A DNA stretch of 64,000 nt from Bdellovibrionota bacterium (GCA_041740355.1 JBGSMD010000051.1:1-64000); one strand, 5' to 3'. Shown: positions 18,285-28,945, numbered from the stretch's first letter. Notes: generated by a model not told the origin, from the sequence alone. A program made the numbers and translations.

Positions 18285-20426
18285 CTAAAAATGATCTTTA
18301 ATATAATTTGCTGCTTCTTGAATATTCATTTCCTGTGAGCTGTTACCACTTCTAATGTAGAACTTTTTTTGCAAAACCCCATTCTTGTCACTTACATCAC
18401 AATATACAGGAGCTTTTCCTGCTTTTACATCTATCTCGCAGATTTCCGTATCATTGACTATGGGAAAGCGAATATTTAAGCACTTAGCAGCAAATTCTTT
18501 GCCAAATATGCTGTTAATTATATTTCTTAGATGCAATTCAAAGCAATCTTTATTTGGTTCCTTTAGCGTATTATAATCTACATCTAGTCCTAAAATCTCA
18601 CCTTCGTCTGTTACGCCTATCAACAATTTTCCACCTTCAGAATTATTGAAAGCGGCAATCGTTTTTAGGACCACTTCCTCCATTTTCCGATCAAGCTTTC
18701 CTTCTTTCCAATTCCATCGCAAGGTCGACTTAAACTCCAAAAATCCATGTTCGCCTGAATTAATCATGTCCATTAGATCTATAGTAGTAGTCACTTTAAC
18801 TTGAGATATGGAGATATTTTTTAAAAAGTTATTCAGCTCTGTAGCTAAAACTTCTCGTCTAACATTCAAAAAACTCTCATAATTTTCAACCTTCCATAAC
18901 TCTTCATCTTCAGGAATACATTGTAATTTAAGTGCGCTTGGATACTTGTTTTTTACACTCTTAAGATATACATCTGCTGCCATAGCAGATTTCTCTCTAT
19001 TTTCTGTAGATGTTAAAATAGCTCGGTTAGTTATTTCCTGCGCAATCGCATAATGAAATTGATTTTGCATATCGTACACTCCCGAATCTCTCAAAACTGA
19101 ATATGCAAAAATGTGGTCGCGTTCAAGATTATATTTTTTCCCCATATTTTTTCTGAGTGACATGCCAGTGCCTAGACATACGGCGCCTTTGCTTTTGAAA
19201 TACCATTTCATCAATGAAAACAAAGGGTGCCGAATATCTCTACCATAAAACTCAGAGGGCTTAATCTCCAACGGCCTTTCTTCGTCAATCAAAGCTAATA
19301 ATGTATCGAATGGATTTTCATTACTATTAACGATACCGATGTCTTTATCGAGTTTTTGAGGCAACTGGCTGACATATCGATTTCTAATTTGCGTATAATA
19401 AAACCATTTTATTGATTTTTTAATTTGTTCTTCGCTTAGTTTACAGTTGGGTTGATTAAATGTGTACGCTATCAGTGGAATTAAAGCATAGATTGAATTG
19501 ATTTCGTCAGTGTGATCCACATAAGCTTGGCTTTGTAATAGATTACATACGTAATCCAAGACTGAGCTGTCTAATCTTTCCCAAGCCTCTAATAATAAAT
19601 CTTTATTCTCCGAACCATGAAGTTTCTCCATTTTGGAACCCATTTTATGTGTTACGGCAAGTAATGCATAAACAATAAAATCAAGTTTAAAGACCCACCC
19701 CTGTTTTTCTAGATCCTGTAATTTCTTTTTAAATAAGTCACGAGCGGAAGGCCAGTAACCAGATATTTGCGCTAATGCTAGTTCTGCATCAGTTAAGTTA
19801 ACACCACTTGCATTTACGATATAGAAAATATCGATTGCTTCTTTGATTGAAGCTTTCACAGGTATTACTTGTTCAAGAAAATCATGATCTTCTATCCGTT
19901 TGATTGAACCAATATTATTTGAAATATTAGTCTCTCTTTCTCTAGGCAAACGTTCTCCGTTATTTTTTTCTTCTAAGGCATCAGTAATATCTCGCTCTCT
20001 AATAGTTCCTTTAAAAATATCGGTTATATTAACCCAGAGTGGGTTACTTTCCATTGTTTTGATTTTATAATACTCCAATTCAAGCGTTTCTACATTTACG
20101 TATAATTTCCTTATGTCATTTTCAATATCATTTTGTGTATAGTATGGTGGAATTTCATCCTTCATCAACATATATAATGTGGTTATTCTCTGTTGGCCAT
20201 CAAGGATTATTTTTACACTACCTTTGTTTACGTTATACTTATAAGTACCTTTTAATTCCGGGGGATTATTTGTTTCCCAAGTTAACATTGTTCCTGTCGG
20301 GTAACCTTTAATCAAAGAAGATACTAAGTTTTTTGCATCTGCCCGTTTCCAAACATATTCCCTTTGAAATGCAGGTACAAAAAGTTGATTTTCGTCAATT
20401 TTATCTATTATTTGTCTTATTTTCAT
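18285..20426 (-). CDS. GmrSD-type restriction protein (DUF262 + DUF1524/HNH) fused to C-terminal Schlafen/AlbA_2 domain
   Basis: PAFQREYVW, LDGQQRITT; ERDHIF...N...N; GEHGFLEFKS...IAAFNNSEGGKLLIGVTDEG. Confidence 0.85.
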   Translation of the reverse strand: MKIRQIIDKIDENQLFVPAFQREYVWKRADAKNLVSSLIKGYPTGTMLTWETNNPPELKGTYKYNVNKGSVKIILDGQQRITTLYMLMKDEIPPYYTQNDIENDIRKLYVNVETLELEYYKIKTMESNPLWVNITDIFKGTIRERDITDALEEKNNGERLPRERETNISNNIGSIKRIEDHDFLEQVIPVKASIKEAIDIFYIVNASGVNLTDAELALAQISGYWPSARDLFKKKLQDLEKQGWVFKLDFIVYALLAVTHKMGSKMEKLHGSENKDLLLEAWERLDSSVLDYVCNLLQSQAYVDHTDEINSIYALIPLIAYTFNQPNCKLSEEQIKKSIKWFYYTQIRNRYVSQLPQKLDKDIGIVNSNENPFDTLLALIDEERPLEIKPSEFYGRDIRHPLFSLMKWYFKSKGAVCLGTGMSLRKNMGKKYNLERDHIFAYSVLRDSGVYDMQNQFHYAIAQEITNRAILTSTENREKSAMAADVYLKSVKNKYPSALKLQCIPEDEELWKVENYESFLNVRREVLATELNNFLKNISISQVKVTTTIDLMDMINSGEHGFLEFKSTLRWNWKEGKLDRKMEEVVLKTIAAFNNSEGGKLLIGVTDEGEILGLDVDYNTLKEPNKDCFELHLRNIINSIFGKEFAAKCLNIRFPIVNDTEICEIDVKAGKAPVYCDVSDKNGVLQKKFYIRSGNSSQEMNIQEAANYIKDHF

Positions 20427-20653
20427 ATTTTTTTAAAGATTTTTGTTCTGAATCTGAGTGGTTCAATATTAGAATCTACCGAATAAATCTAGTTGGTAAT
20501 ACTTCGAATCGTCAATAAGTTAATTGAGTGCCTTGTTTTCTAAGAATTCTGAAAAACTTAATTTGATGGCATAAAAATTATATGCGCTAAATTTGATCTT
20601 ACTAGTTGTGATATTTCTCAAATACCACTTTACAATTCATAGTAGCACTAAAA

Positions 20654-20989
20654 TTACCCACCAACGCAAGTTCCATAAATCCCAGAACCCTTAATACATT
20701 TCCCGCCAATCCCACAATCAAGATCAAAATTACAGGTATCCCCATAAGTTCCATCATCATTATGTGGATTGCGATCATTTGTATTCTTATTCATATCCAT
20801 TGGATTGTATGCAGGATTTGAGTCATTCTGGTTACCAGGATTAAGACCACCCATACAAACACCATAAATACTATTTCCTTGTTTCATGCACTTACTACCA
20901 ACATCGCAATCAGTATCAAACTGACAAGCAAATACTAAATTAGGCCCTTGAAGTATAAGAAGTAACAATAATAATTTTTTCATATTCAA
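20654..20989 (-). CDS. Small secreted Cys-rich protein
   Basis: Signal peptide; two CxFDxDCxxGxKCxK...IYGxC repeats. Confidence 0.75.
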   Translation of the reverse strand: MNMKKLLLLLLILQGPNLVFACQFDTDCDVGSKCMKQGNSIYGVCMGGLNPGNQNDSNPAYNPMDMNKNTNDRNPHNDDGTYGDTCNFDLDCGIGGKCIKGSGIYGTCVGG

Positions 20990-21044
20990 TTTAAAATCTT
21001 AATACAGTATCACAAAACCAACTAATGGAATGAACTTTTTTACC

Positions 21045-21866
21045 TTATCCAGCAGCCACATCAGGTGCATAAGCCACAATAAAATTTAAAATATCTTCAA
21101 ATTGAAGATCCACAAATCCAAAGGCTCTTAAGGCATTTGGCACACACTCACCAAACCCAAAACTATTAACAGCGGCTAAAGTTGCGACACCTCCAGATGT
21201 AACATAAATAGCAGGCCCGCCAGAATCTCCAGAACAAATACTAGATTTGCCATCACCAACTACAATTAAATTTCCATTATTAAGAGAATTAATTGTAAAT
21301 TTAGAAGCTTTTAATTCCCCAACTTCACCGTCATTATTAGTTCCATAACCAAATGCATTAATTTCAGACCCGGGTAATGTTAATTCAGAAAGTAATATGG
21401 GAAGAGGGCCAATTGCAGGGGTTGGTACTTTGCTAATTGTTGCCATAGCAACATCATATCTCGATCCAACTTGTCCATCATACTGTGGATGTATCGCCGC
21501 ATTTACAATTTCTAATACTTCACCATTTTCTCCACCAACTAAAGCTACAAATCCAGCTAAAGTTACGCCAGCATTTCTAGCTTGTACTATTGGACCTACA
21601 AAACAATGTGCACTAGTAACAAGATCATCTAAAGTTACAAGAGAACCTGTACAAAATCCAAAACCAAACAACCTTTCTCCGTTATCGGCCACAGCAACTA
21701 ATGCTACCACAGGACTCCTTGCTTCCTGATTACAACTCTCACCTCCAAATACTTTACTGTTTTTTGCATTTAATGGTGAGCAAGCATTACTACCAGATGA
21801 ACCACCACCACAGGCATTAACAAACAGGATAAGGGATAAAAATAGTAACTTAGTGATATATTTCAT
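21045..21866 (-). CDS. Trypsin-like (S1) serine protease lipoprotein
   Basis: Lipobox VNAC; TSAHC, YDVA and CSGDSGGP catalytic triad motifs. Confidence 0.92.
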   Translation of the reverse strand: MKYITKLLFLSLILFVNACGGGSSGSNACSPLNAKNSKVFGGESCNQEARSPVVALVAVADNGERLFGFGFCTGSLVTLDDLVTSAHCFVGPIVQARNAGVTLAGFVALVGGENGEVLEIVNAAIHPQYDGQVGSRYDVAMATISKVPTPAIGPLPILLSELTLPGSEINAFGYGTNNDGEVGELKASKFTINSLNNGNLIVVGDGKSSICSGDSGGPAIYVTSGGVATLAAVNSFGFGECVPNALRAFGFVDLQFEDILNFIVAYAPDVAAG

Positions 21867-22037
21867 ATTTAGTTTATCAAAATTTAATCTAAGAAATAAT
21901 TACTAGATCTTTAAGATCGTTTATAGATAGTACCCCAAGACATAATACACCCCACATATGAACGTTATAAGTTTTAATTCTGAATCAGATTCTTTGAATT
22001 TGGGAAAAGGCATTATTTAGATTTGAATGGTTTTTCT

Positions 22038-23306
22038 GGAGCCACCCTAAAATATTACACAACTAATTATTTCATTTATCGAACAAGTAATCTCTAGATT
22101 ATACTTTCGATAAATGAACCTAACTAATCATACAGAATTACCCATAGAACCTAAATTTAAGGCAAAATGCGGAAGACTAAGACGTGCCATCTTTCACAAT
22201 CATGTCTACATGCTAACTACCAGCGTAGAAAGTGGCATAATGCTTCCAGCTAATCCCCTAGTTAAATATGTAATAACTTCAGCACTACTAAAAGCACAGC
22301 TCCATCACCAAATAAATATAAGTCATCTTCTGGTAAATGCTACGCATATTCACTTTCTTGTCAGAGTGATTAACCCACAAGACATCCCAGACTTTATGGA
22401 AAGATTTAAGACTGAATCAGCACATTACTTAAATAGATTACTTGGAAGAAAGAAAAGAACAATTTGGTGTGACAGGTATGACATGTCAGCAGCATTAGAA
22501 GTTCAAGATGTAATGAATAGAATTATCTACATTTATACTAATCCAGTAAAAGATGGCTTAGTCCCTAGTATAGATTTATACCCAGGACTAAGTAGTTGGA
22601 ATAGATTTAATTCTAGTAAGAGTTACCTTAAGGGAAGTCTAATTTCCAGACGTGATATTAAACCAGTTGAACAAGTAGCAAGTGAAGAACATTTTGAACG
22701 GGCAAGAAAACAGCTAGCAGCAAAGAAGAAACTTAGAACACTAGTAATTGATCCTAACGACTGGATGAAAGCTTTTAAAATTACTAATCAAGATGAAATA
22801 GAAGAAATAAATAAAAATATCAAAGAAGGTATTATTGAAAGAACCAAAGTAATTCATGAGAGAAGACTTGAGGCTGGTAAAAAGCAATTTCTAGGATCTC
22901 ATAAATTAAGAAATCAGGAGATTAACTTAGAATATCAACCTAAACGATCTGGCAGAAAGATGTGGTGTTACTGCAGGAATATTGAAAGAAGAAAAAAGTA
23001 TATCTCTTGGGTTAAGGAACTTGCAGCAGAAGCTAGAGAGGTTTACAGGGCTTGGCAGAATGGAGATACAAAAAAGCAGATGCCAATTGGTATGTTTGCT
23101 CCAAGGATGCCAGTACAGGGGAATTTAATTTTTTGTTAGAGATTTATTATTAGCTTTTTCTAGTCTGGGACTGGGGTACGTTCATGCTGTCCAGGATCTT
23201 GAATGAATATTAATAATTACTATAGTTGGATAAGAATACTAGCAGATTTCTATAGCTTGTTAGATCAATTTTAATCAAAAAAATAGTGGGTTGGCTCAAG
23301 CTGAAA
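22038..23306 (+). mobile_element. RAYT element copy 2
   Basis: GGAGCCACCCTAAAATATTACACAAC left end; TGGCTCAAGCTGAAA right end. Confidence 0.75.
22114..23139 (+). CDS. RAYT-like Y1 transposase, paralogue of 14138-15163
   Basis: Same length (341 aa) and motifs; mostly identical residues. Confidence 0.85.
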   Translation: MNLTNHTELPIEPKFKAKCGRLRRAIFHNHVYMLTTSVESGIMLPANPLVKYVITSALLKAQLHHQINISHLLVNATHIHFLVRVINPQDIPDFMERFKTESAHYLNRLLGRKKRTIWCDRYDMSAALEVQDVMNRIIYIYTNPVKDGLVPSIDLYPGLSSWNRFNSSKSYLKGSLISRRDIKPVEQVASEEHFERARKQLAAKKKLRTLVIDPNDWMKAFKITNQDEIEEINKNIKEGIIERTKVIHERRLEAGKKQFLGSHKLRNQEINLEYQPKRSGRKMWCYCRNIERRKKYISWVKELAAEAREVYRAWQNGDTKKQMPIGMFAPRMPVQGNLIFC

Positions 23307-23565
23307 AAAAAACACCTGTTATCTCTTCAATATCATTTGCACCGCTTAACTTAAATGTGCCAGCCTCTAGTCTCTTGTACCAAAGTGCTAACCCGTCAGT
23401 ATCCCAGTACAAAATCTTCACTCTGTTTCTTGCTCTAGAAAAGAACACATAAAAGCAATGTTGCTTTACTCCCGTTACTAAGCTTCCCAGAGTATCAAAG
23501 GACTTTCTCATATCTACTGGAATACTATACAGGTAAACCTGAAAATCAGAGTCTAACTTCAGCAT
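23296..23565 (-). pseudogene. tnpB: IS66 TnpB accessory protein, 3'-truncated
   Basis: PVDMRKSFD...RNRVKILYWDTDGLALWYKRLEAGTF; the last codons run into the RAYT right end. Confidence 0.85.
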
Positions 23566-23888
23566 CTGCCTCCAGTACTTTTTTGATTAATGATAATTCA
23601 GTGCTGCCAGTCACCAGAAGCTTTGCTCCTGACTTTAGGATTATTTCTAAGCTTTGCTCAGTTCGAAGTACTGGCAAGAATCTCCCTCGTCTTTTTATAT
23701 GATACTGGAAATGATCATACTGGATGTTATGCTTGCGGCAGTACTCGGCACGCGTTAAACCACTCGACTCCTGATCATTAAATGTCTTTTCCCAATCTCT
23801 TTTCATTAGTCATTCCAAAATTAAAGTTGGGAATTTAATTATCAGAACAACTCAACTAGCGGTAGAACGCTCTATAAGGGACGGATAC
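23307..23888 (-). mobile_element. Truncated IS66 element (left end, tnpA, partial tnpB; no tnpC)
   Basis: Minus strand begins GTATCCGTCC at 23888, like the IS66 GTAAGCGTCC terminal repeat. Confidence 0.75.
23546..23806 (-). CDS. tnpA: IS66 TnpA accessory protein
   Basis: W...QESSGLTRAEYCRKHNI...FLPV...LEIILKSG; overlaps tnpB. Confidence 0.85.
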   Translation of the reverse strand: MKRDWEKTFNDQESSGLTRAEYCRKHNIQYDHFQYHIKRRGRFLPVLRTEQSLEIILKSGAKLLVTGSTELSLIKKVLEADAEVRL

Positions 23889-24187
23889 GAAAAACTATCT
23901 GGGAATCTCCTGCATATTGGGGAAATTGGAGGACTTTTGTTAAATTTGTAAATTGTGCTGCAGACACTGATATAGATGATATTATTTTAACTGAACGTGC
24001 ATATTGCATCATGTCTGGGCATGATCAAAATGCACACAATAAAATTAATCTTGCTAAGGCAAGAATGCTTATTAAATGTCCCGATTAATTACTATAGGCT
24101 CCCACACAACCTTCTCTCACTGTGCATTCAATATACTGCAATCAAATTATCTGACTGGGATTTACTTAGACACAAATAATTATTTTC

Positions 24188-27100
24188 TTACATTAAGATA
24201 TCTTTACATTCATTCAACGAAGAAAGTCTTTTCGCTTCTGCCTTACAGATATCCGCATAGGTTATCTTAAAGTCTTTCAATAATTTAGTAAGTTTTTTTT
24301 GTTCCCAAATTTCAATTTCACCAGATTGAACTTTTATCAAAGAATATTTTTGTTTTTTATTTGTAAACAAAATCAGTCTTCTTTTTAGATTTGTTGATTT
24401 TCCTATTAAAATATTATTTTCATAATATTCGTAAGCACGATCTAGCTCTTTTGAGTCTTCTTTAAAATCTAAGATACTGTCACTTAACTTTGAGTGCTTA
24501 GCTTGAATATAAAAAATTTCATCAGAACTAATAGCAATAACATCTGCACCTTGATCTCCAGAGACAGGAGTTAAAGCCACTTTTGTATTTTGTTTCTTGA
24601 AAATGGCGACAGCCAAAGCTTCAAACTCTTGGTGGGTAAGCTTATAGATACTATTGAAATCTAAAATTTCATCATCAATCAAATTGCTACTTATCTTTGT
24701 AAATGCTTCTATTAACTTACTTGATGCTTCATCTGTAGTCATTGTTGGCACCAAAAAATCTTTCGATACTTTTGATTTTTGGGACAGAAGAATATCTAAA
24801 TTTTCATCATAAGTTGTAAATTCCCCATTAGGGTCATATTGAATGAAGTGATAGACTTTGACAGGGCGAGTTTGTCCTATACGCCATGTTCTAGCATTTG
24901 CTTGTTGTTCAAGCGCGGGATTCCACCACCTATCAAGATGAATCACATGATTTGCTTCTGTAATATTTAATCCCACACCAGCAGCCTTAGGGCTCAACAC
25001 AATAACGTTAAAACCCTTTACTGAAGAGAATTTTTCAATAATCGAAAGCCTTGAATTTTTTGCATTTCCGGTAGGTGTCTCACCTGAGATGATCATAAGA
25101 TCTAAACCAAACCTATCCTTAACTACACTTCTAAGTATTGAATGAGATTTACGTAGCTCCGAAAATATTAGTACCTTTTCATTCTTATTTTTAATTTCAT
25201 TCAACAAAGTAACAAGCTCTTGAAATTTCCCAGACGACTCAATATAAAAATCAGATGTTCCTTCGTCTTCAGCTTGATAATATTTTGAAATCATTGGATG
25301 TACGGATAGTTTATGAATTTCTGACAATGCAGAAAGATGGGCTCCTTTTTTTTCATCAGCTTTCTCTGCTGCTATGTTTAAAAATACTCGGCGAATCGCC
25401 TCTCGTTCTAATGGAAGTAAACCTACTCGTATCGGAATATATTCAATCTTTGGTAGGTCAAGCTCAGATTTATCTCTTCTTAATAAATGTGTTTTCTTAG
25501 TTGTATATCTGAGTTTTTCCCTTAGTGATTTAAGAATCGAGCCCTGCCTCAGCAAATCTTCGTTCTCTATACAATCAAAAAGAGGACCTGAAAAATTAGC
25601 TCGAAAATCTTTTTTTGAAGCCAACAAACCAGGCTGAGCATAATCGAAAATATGCCATAAATCTTCGAGTGAATTTTCTACTGGGGTTCCAGTGACGCAT
25701 ATTTTTAGGTTTGCTTTCAGCGCTCGAAAGGAATCATAAATTTGGTTTCTATTTTTAAGTTGTTGGGACTCATCAGTTATGACCATTGACCAATTAATCT
25801 TGGCAAATGAGTGCTGGTAATTTCTGATCATATGATAATTGGTAATAATAACCCGATATTCTCGGAGCCGTTCTAAATCAAGGCTTGCCTTAGCGAGTTG
25901 AAGTTCTTGTCCTTGTGAAATGTATTCTTTTAATTTCAATTTTTTAATTTGAGAGGCATCAACTTTTTTATGTAAAAAAAGACTTTCACTATTTTGAAAA
26001 AACTTACTGATTTCACTTTCCCAGTTATCAACTAAGGCTAGAGGGCAGGCAATTAAAATCGGATCGTAAGGAGGTTCTTTTTTGCTAATTTTTGGATACA
26101 ATTTAGAATCAGAAATAGCCCAGGCAATAAAGCTAAGAAGTTGGAGTGTTTTCCCTAAACCCATCTCATCGGCAAGTAAGATACCAGTATTACTTCTAGG
26201 CTTCAGCATTCTTTGCATCCACGCAAGTCCTTCTTTTTGATAATTCTTTAACTGATAAGCTTCCTTTAATTGACTAGGCAAAATAGGTAATATACTTTCT
26301 TCCTCTTCATCCTCACTACACCTAACTCCTGTATAATCTAGCGAATCTTCATTAGAAATTACTTCTAAAAATTTATAAGTTATTTTATTTTTACCTACTG
26401 AGAAAATGCTATTAATTATCTCGATAAGGGGTTCATTAAGTATTATATTAAATGCTTCACCTTCATACTCGATACTAGATATTTCTCGACCGTTCTTAAT
26501 ATCATTTGCAGCCTGTTGAAATACTATTATAAATTCTTGCTTTGTTAATTCGAGTGATATTTCTTTGCCATTGACAGTTTGAATCTCTACCATAAAAATT
26601 AAAGGATTTTTATTATCCTCTGATTCGGATTTAACTTGAGGTTCTGCAACTCCAAACCATTCTCTGTTTCCTCCAATCGCTTTAACAGAACAATTCGCAG
26701 GTGTTTCTGTGATTCCAACGACTCTATCACTAAAGAGTGTTATATCTAAAAGATTAAAATTTACACCTTCTTGGAAAACGGAAGAAATATTGGCCAAAAT
26801 TCTTAATTTGGTTTCTCCACCTACTCTTCTCACTTTCTGTATATCTTCTAATAATGGGCGGAGCGTATCGGGAATTAACACTCTGGTTCTTCCTCTAGCA
26901 GTTTCTATAACATACAAATTTTTAACATCATCGTGAGAAAAAAAGACCTGTCGCCACTCATTATCAATATCGGAACCTAACGATGGAAACAAAGACATAA
27001 AGTCTTGATCGTGCATGAAAATATCAGGCTTTACTTTGCTCAATATTCGAATTTCTTGTCCCTGAATAAACTCATCACCTGATACACCGACCAACTTTAA

Positions 27101-27616
27101 GCCTGAAGTAATCTTGGCCAGAACTTCCATATACTCTGTTTCTAGTCCATTTGCTGAATCATAAGTTTGATTAAAAAGGTCAATATTTTCAACTAAGAGA
27201 TAATGCTCCTCTTGAAGCCAATAAAAATCACTTCTATGCTTCGCAATAACTCCCTTACGCTCTATGTATGGCGTGTTATTTCCATGTACATACTCGATGT
27301 CTATTTTGAAATTACTTCGTCCGATACTACCGAGACTTTTGACAGACAGTGCGTAGGGGCAAGCATCACAGAACTCATTTAAAATCTCTAAATTTAATTC
27401 ATTTTGTACTTGATAGATACTTGAATGATAAATGACGAACTTACTATCGGATAGCTTTTCCCCCCATTCCGCAGTTTCAATTTCTTTAATTGCAAGAAAA
27501 AGACCAGACCAATTATTATTTTTCTTTAGCTGGGAATTTGAAGAAAAAACAAACCCTTCCTCTGTAACATGGACAGCTAAACCTTTCTCCGTATATATTT
27601 CCCATTCTAATGACAT
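24188..27616 (-). CDS. zorD: Zorya ZorD: SNF2 helicase with C-terminal Mrr-like nuclease
   Basis: LADEMGLGKT, DESQ, TGTPVENSL, WWNPALEQQANARTWRIGQ; GDQGADVIA...IQAK. Confidence 0.85.
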   Translation of the reverse strand: MSLEWEIYTEKGLAVHVTEEGFVFSSNSQLKKNNNWSGLFLAIKEIETAEWGEKLSDSKFVIYHSSIYQVQNELNLEILNEFCDACPYALSVKSLGSIGRSNFKIDIEYVHGNNTPYIERKGVIAKHRSDFYWLQEEHYLLVENIDLFNQTYDSANGLETEYMEVLAKITSGLKLVGVSGDEFIQGQEIRILSKVKPDIFMHDQDFMSLFPSLGSDIDNEWRQVFFSHDDVKNLYVIETARGRTRVLIPDTLRPLLEDIQKVRRVGGETKLRILANISSVFQEGVNFNLLDITLFSDRVVGITETPANCSVKAIGGNREWFGVAEPQVKSESEDNKNPLIFMVEIQTVNGKEISLELTKQEFIIVFQQAANDIKNGREISSIEYEGEAFNIILNEPLIEIINSIFSVGKNKITYKFLEVISNEDSLDYTGVRCSEDEEEESILPILPSQLKEAYQLKNYQKEGLAWMQRMLKPRSNTGILLADEMGLGKTLQLLSFIAWAISDSKLYPKISKKEPPYDPILIACPLALVDNWESEISKFFQNSESLFLHKKVDASQIKKLKLKEYISQGQELQLAKASLDLERLREYRVIITNYHMIRNYQHSFAKINWSMVITDESQQLKNRNQIYDSFRALKANLKICVTGTPVENSLEDLWHIFDYAQPGLLASKKDFRANFSGPLFDCIENEDLLRQGSILKSLREKLRYTTKKTHLLRRDKSELDLPKIEYIPIRVGLLPLEREAIRRVFLNIAAEKADEKKGAHLSALSEIHKLSVHPMISKYYQAEDEGTSDFYIESSGKFQELVTLLNEIKNKNEKVLIFSELRKSHSILRSVVKDRFGLDLMIISGETPTGNAKNSRLSIIEKFSSVKGFNVIVLSPKAAGVGLNITEANHVIHLDRWWNPALEQQANARTWRIGQTRPVKVYHFIQYDPNGEFTTYDENLDILLSQKSKVSKDFLVPTMTTDEASSKLIEAFTKISSNLIDDEILDFNSIYKLTHQEFEALAVAIFKKQNTKVALTPVSGDQGADVIAISSDEIFYIQAKHSKLSDSILDFKEDSKELDRAYEYYENNILIGKSTNLKRRLILFTNKKQKYSLIKVQSGEIEIWEQKKLTKLLKDFKITYADICKAEAKRLSSLNECKDILM

Positions 27617-27631
27617 AAATATTCTTTATAC

Positions 27632-28945
27632 TTAATTAGCCCTGATTCCGTTACGTGATAAAAAATTTGCAAGCTCATAATCCCATCCAAGTTGATGAGT
27701 TTGCCACCTACCGCTCCCACTATATCCATGTCCATCAGTAAATTCTAACCTTTTTAAATCTTTTTCTGTGGTTATTGATTTAGCATAAAAATCTGATAGA
27801 ACTTCTGGGAAATCTCTTTTGCGATACAAATAACACGCATTTCCCTCATGATTAAATTCAACAACTATGTAATTACCGAAGTCCATGACAAATGAAGATA
27901 TTTCTCCTCTGTCGATACTACCAAAAACTCTTCCATTTTTACTTTTTTCTCGATCAAGGATTGCTTGGTTATCTCTGTAATGTTTTTTAGATATAAAAAC
28001 ATAAGATCTAGTCATAGATTTTGTATATTTTAACCAAAACTTTCTTCTCCCATGCTTATCCTGCCCTTTACAGATCATATCGAAAAAGAATTTAACGTCT
28101 TCGGCAGAAAGGATAGACAGGACAAGATTTTTTGCATGATTTTCAATCCCAACCCATTTACTGCTATTTAGTCTTGGATCACCATAATATTGATGCGTAA
28201 GTAAATATTGTAACAACGCATTTTTTGAGGCTTCAGATTGTCCTGAAAAAATGTGCGGTATAATAATATTGAGTAGAGAGTCCAGGTGTTTTTTATCACC
28301 CATTTTAAGTAGCAAATAAGAATGAAACCTCTCCCATAACTCTTCGTCACTTTTAGTCCTACTCTCTGCTAAGGACTTAGCAACTTCCAATAAAGTGCTT
28401 TGAGTTAATACAGAATCGAGTGCTAATCTTTTTTCTGTAAAAAACTGATTAATTTCACAGTCACGCTTAGTTATCTCATTTGATAATTTTGTTTCTAAAC
28501 TATTATTCAGTAATTCTTCCCAATAACAAAATGGAGGCCTTTGTTGATCTTTTCTTTCCATCCTAGAAAATACGTGATGAATATCGGATTTAGCCTCTAG
28601 CTTAGAGCCATATTTTTTTTGTAGAGATATAATGAGTCCACGAAATATTTTAACAGATAAGTTTGATTGAACTTTTAATAAAGCTAAAAATTCTTTAGTG
28701 GTAGAAATATTATGATTAAATGAAAGTGCCTTAATTTCTCGACCACTTAATCTAACAGAATTTGGTTTGTTCAAAAATTCCACCCATAGCTTAGTAAGAT
28801 CGACTGATTCTTTAAATTCCACATCAGCAACGAGTTCACCTCCCCACTTTTTCAGCATGAATGGTAAAGAATCTTCATGATTTACGACAGGCATATGTTG
28901 AATAATCTTCCGTAACTTTCTTATTTCAGCTAAGGATTTTTCCAT
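27632..28945 (-). CDS. zorC: Zorya ZorC (EH-signature domain)
   Basis: YGDPR, RRKFWLKY, VVEFNHEGNACYLY, terminal H..GW; position between zorB and the helicase. Confidence 0.85.
   Translation of the reverse strand: MEKSLAEIRKLRKIIQHMPVVNHEDSLPFMLKKWGGELVADVEFKESVDLTKLWVEFLNKPNSVRLSGREIKALSFNHNISTTKEFLALLKVQSNLSVKIFRGLIISLQKKYGSKLEAKSDIHHVFSRMERKDQQRPPFCYWEELLNNSLETKLSNEITKRDCEINQFFTEKRLALDSVLTQSTLLEVAKSLAESRTKSDEELWERFHSYLLLKMGDKKHLDSLLNIIIPHIFSGQSEASKNALLQYLLTHQYYGDPRLNSSKWVGIENHAKNLVLSILSAEDVKFFFDMICKGQDKHGRRKFWLKYTKSMTRSYVFISKKHYRDNQAILDREKSKNGRVFGSIDRGEISSFVMDFGNYIVVEFNHEGNACYLYRKRDFPEVLSDFYAKSITTEKDLKRLEFTDGHGYSGSGRWQTHQLGWDYELANFLSRNGIRAN

Noticed and set aside
23997-24270. Two short plus-strand ORFs beside zorD
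   Set aside because: They have no motifs, overlap each other and the zorD end, and are probably spurious.
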